A stretch of DNA of 64,000 bases. Origin: Octopus bimaculoides. Lineage: Eukaryota. A program made the translations under genes and the position numbers. The stretch spans positions 167,028,981 through 167,092,980 of the forward strand of contig NC_068981.1 of NCBI RefSeq assembly GCF_001194135.2, read 5' to 3'. Of this stretch, positions 63,301-64,000 are shown one piece after another. Position 1 is the first letter of the stretch; every line of letters starts with the position of its first letter. The notes beneath the pieces are model-generated. The model was not told the DNA's origin. It ran no database searches and was given only the letters and a program-made list of their open reading frames with translations.

Positions 63301-63690
63301 CTTCTCTCTTCGCTCCTTTGCACCACATGGGCTCAACTCTCCTCCCCTCTTCATCTAAGCTCCTCCTCTTGCCTCTCTCTCTCCCTCCCTCCTACTTCCT
63401 CCCAACCTCCCTCCTACTTCCTCCCACCCTCCTCTCCTCTCTTGCTCTGATTTCTACTTCTCCACCCCTACTCTCTTTCTCTCTTCTTTCATACCCACCT
63501 TCCCTTTCCCACCTTCATCATCAACCCTCCTTCATAAGCCCACCCCACGCCTACACATTCCTACCCCACTTTCCCTATCCTTCCCATCCCACCCCATCCC
63601 ATCCCCTGCACCCTCTCCCACATACCCCACCTCTACCCCACTCTTTGCCTACCCACATACCCTACCTCTTTCCCCACCCTCAGCCTAATC
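63300..63690 (+). repeat. C/T-rich low-complexity tract
   Basis: About 390 nt dominated by C and T; source of the Leu/Pro/Ser ORF 63318-63722. Confidence 0.8.
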
Positions 63691-64000
63691 CACAGGCCAA
63701 AGGTGTTCTCCCATCAGGATAATGCTTAGTCACATACAGCGAGGATGACATTCCAAAGGTTGGAGCAGTTTGAATGAGAAACAATGCCCCATCCGCCATA
63801 TTCACTGGACATTGCCCCATTCGATTATCATTTATTCTGCAGTCTTCAAAATTATTTAGATGGAAAAAATATGAATTCTGTAGATGAGGTCAGAACAGTA
63901 CTAGAAGAGTATTTTTCATGATGGACAAGTGAATTTTGGAAGAGGGGCCTTACAAGTCTACCAGAAAGATGGAAGAGCATTGTAGAAAATGAAGGAGAGT
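63690..64000 (+). mobile_element. mariner transposase C-terminal fragment
   Basis: HQDNA*SHTA...MPHPPYSLDIAPFDYHLF...KRGLTSLPERWKSIVENEGE. Confidence 0.85.

Noticed and set aside
63318-63722. 134-aa Leu/Pro/Ser-rich ORF
   Set aside because: Translation of a C/T-rich low-complexity tract ending in mariner sequence.

Overview
AT-rich eukaryotic genomic DNA, inferred to be Octopus from its abundant tRNA/CORE-type and RTE-tailed SINE families. It has nine N-gaps and no rRNA, true tRNA or CRISPR features. Two convergent intron-containing genes can be built from splice signals. (1) On the + strand are the last three coding exons of a divergent UBE2V/MMS2-type ubiquitin E2 variant (1971-11694); its first exon was not found in the window. 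(2) On the - strand is a 7-exon type-I membrane protein (ATG 60565, stop 35547): signal peptide, one FN3 domain split over two exons with a ~90-aa insertion, three laminin-type EGF repeats resembling MEGF9, a TM helix and a short tail. One of its exons runs into an assembly gap. The rest is repeats: SINEs, RTE/CR1/Tx1/HERO-type LINE fragments, a Penelope-like element, mariner/Tc1 relics, hAT- and piggyBac-like MITEs, Helitron ends and a telomere-like array. Several long inverted duplications look like template-switch products and would form dsRNA if transcribed. Family names come from recalled motifs, not database searches, and repeat boundaries are approximate unless TIRs/TSDs are quoted.
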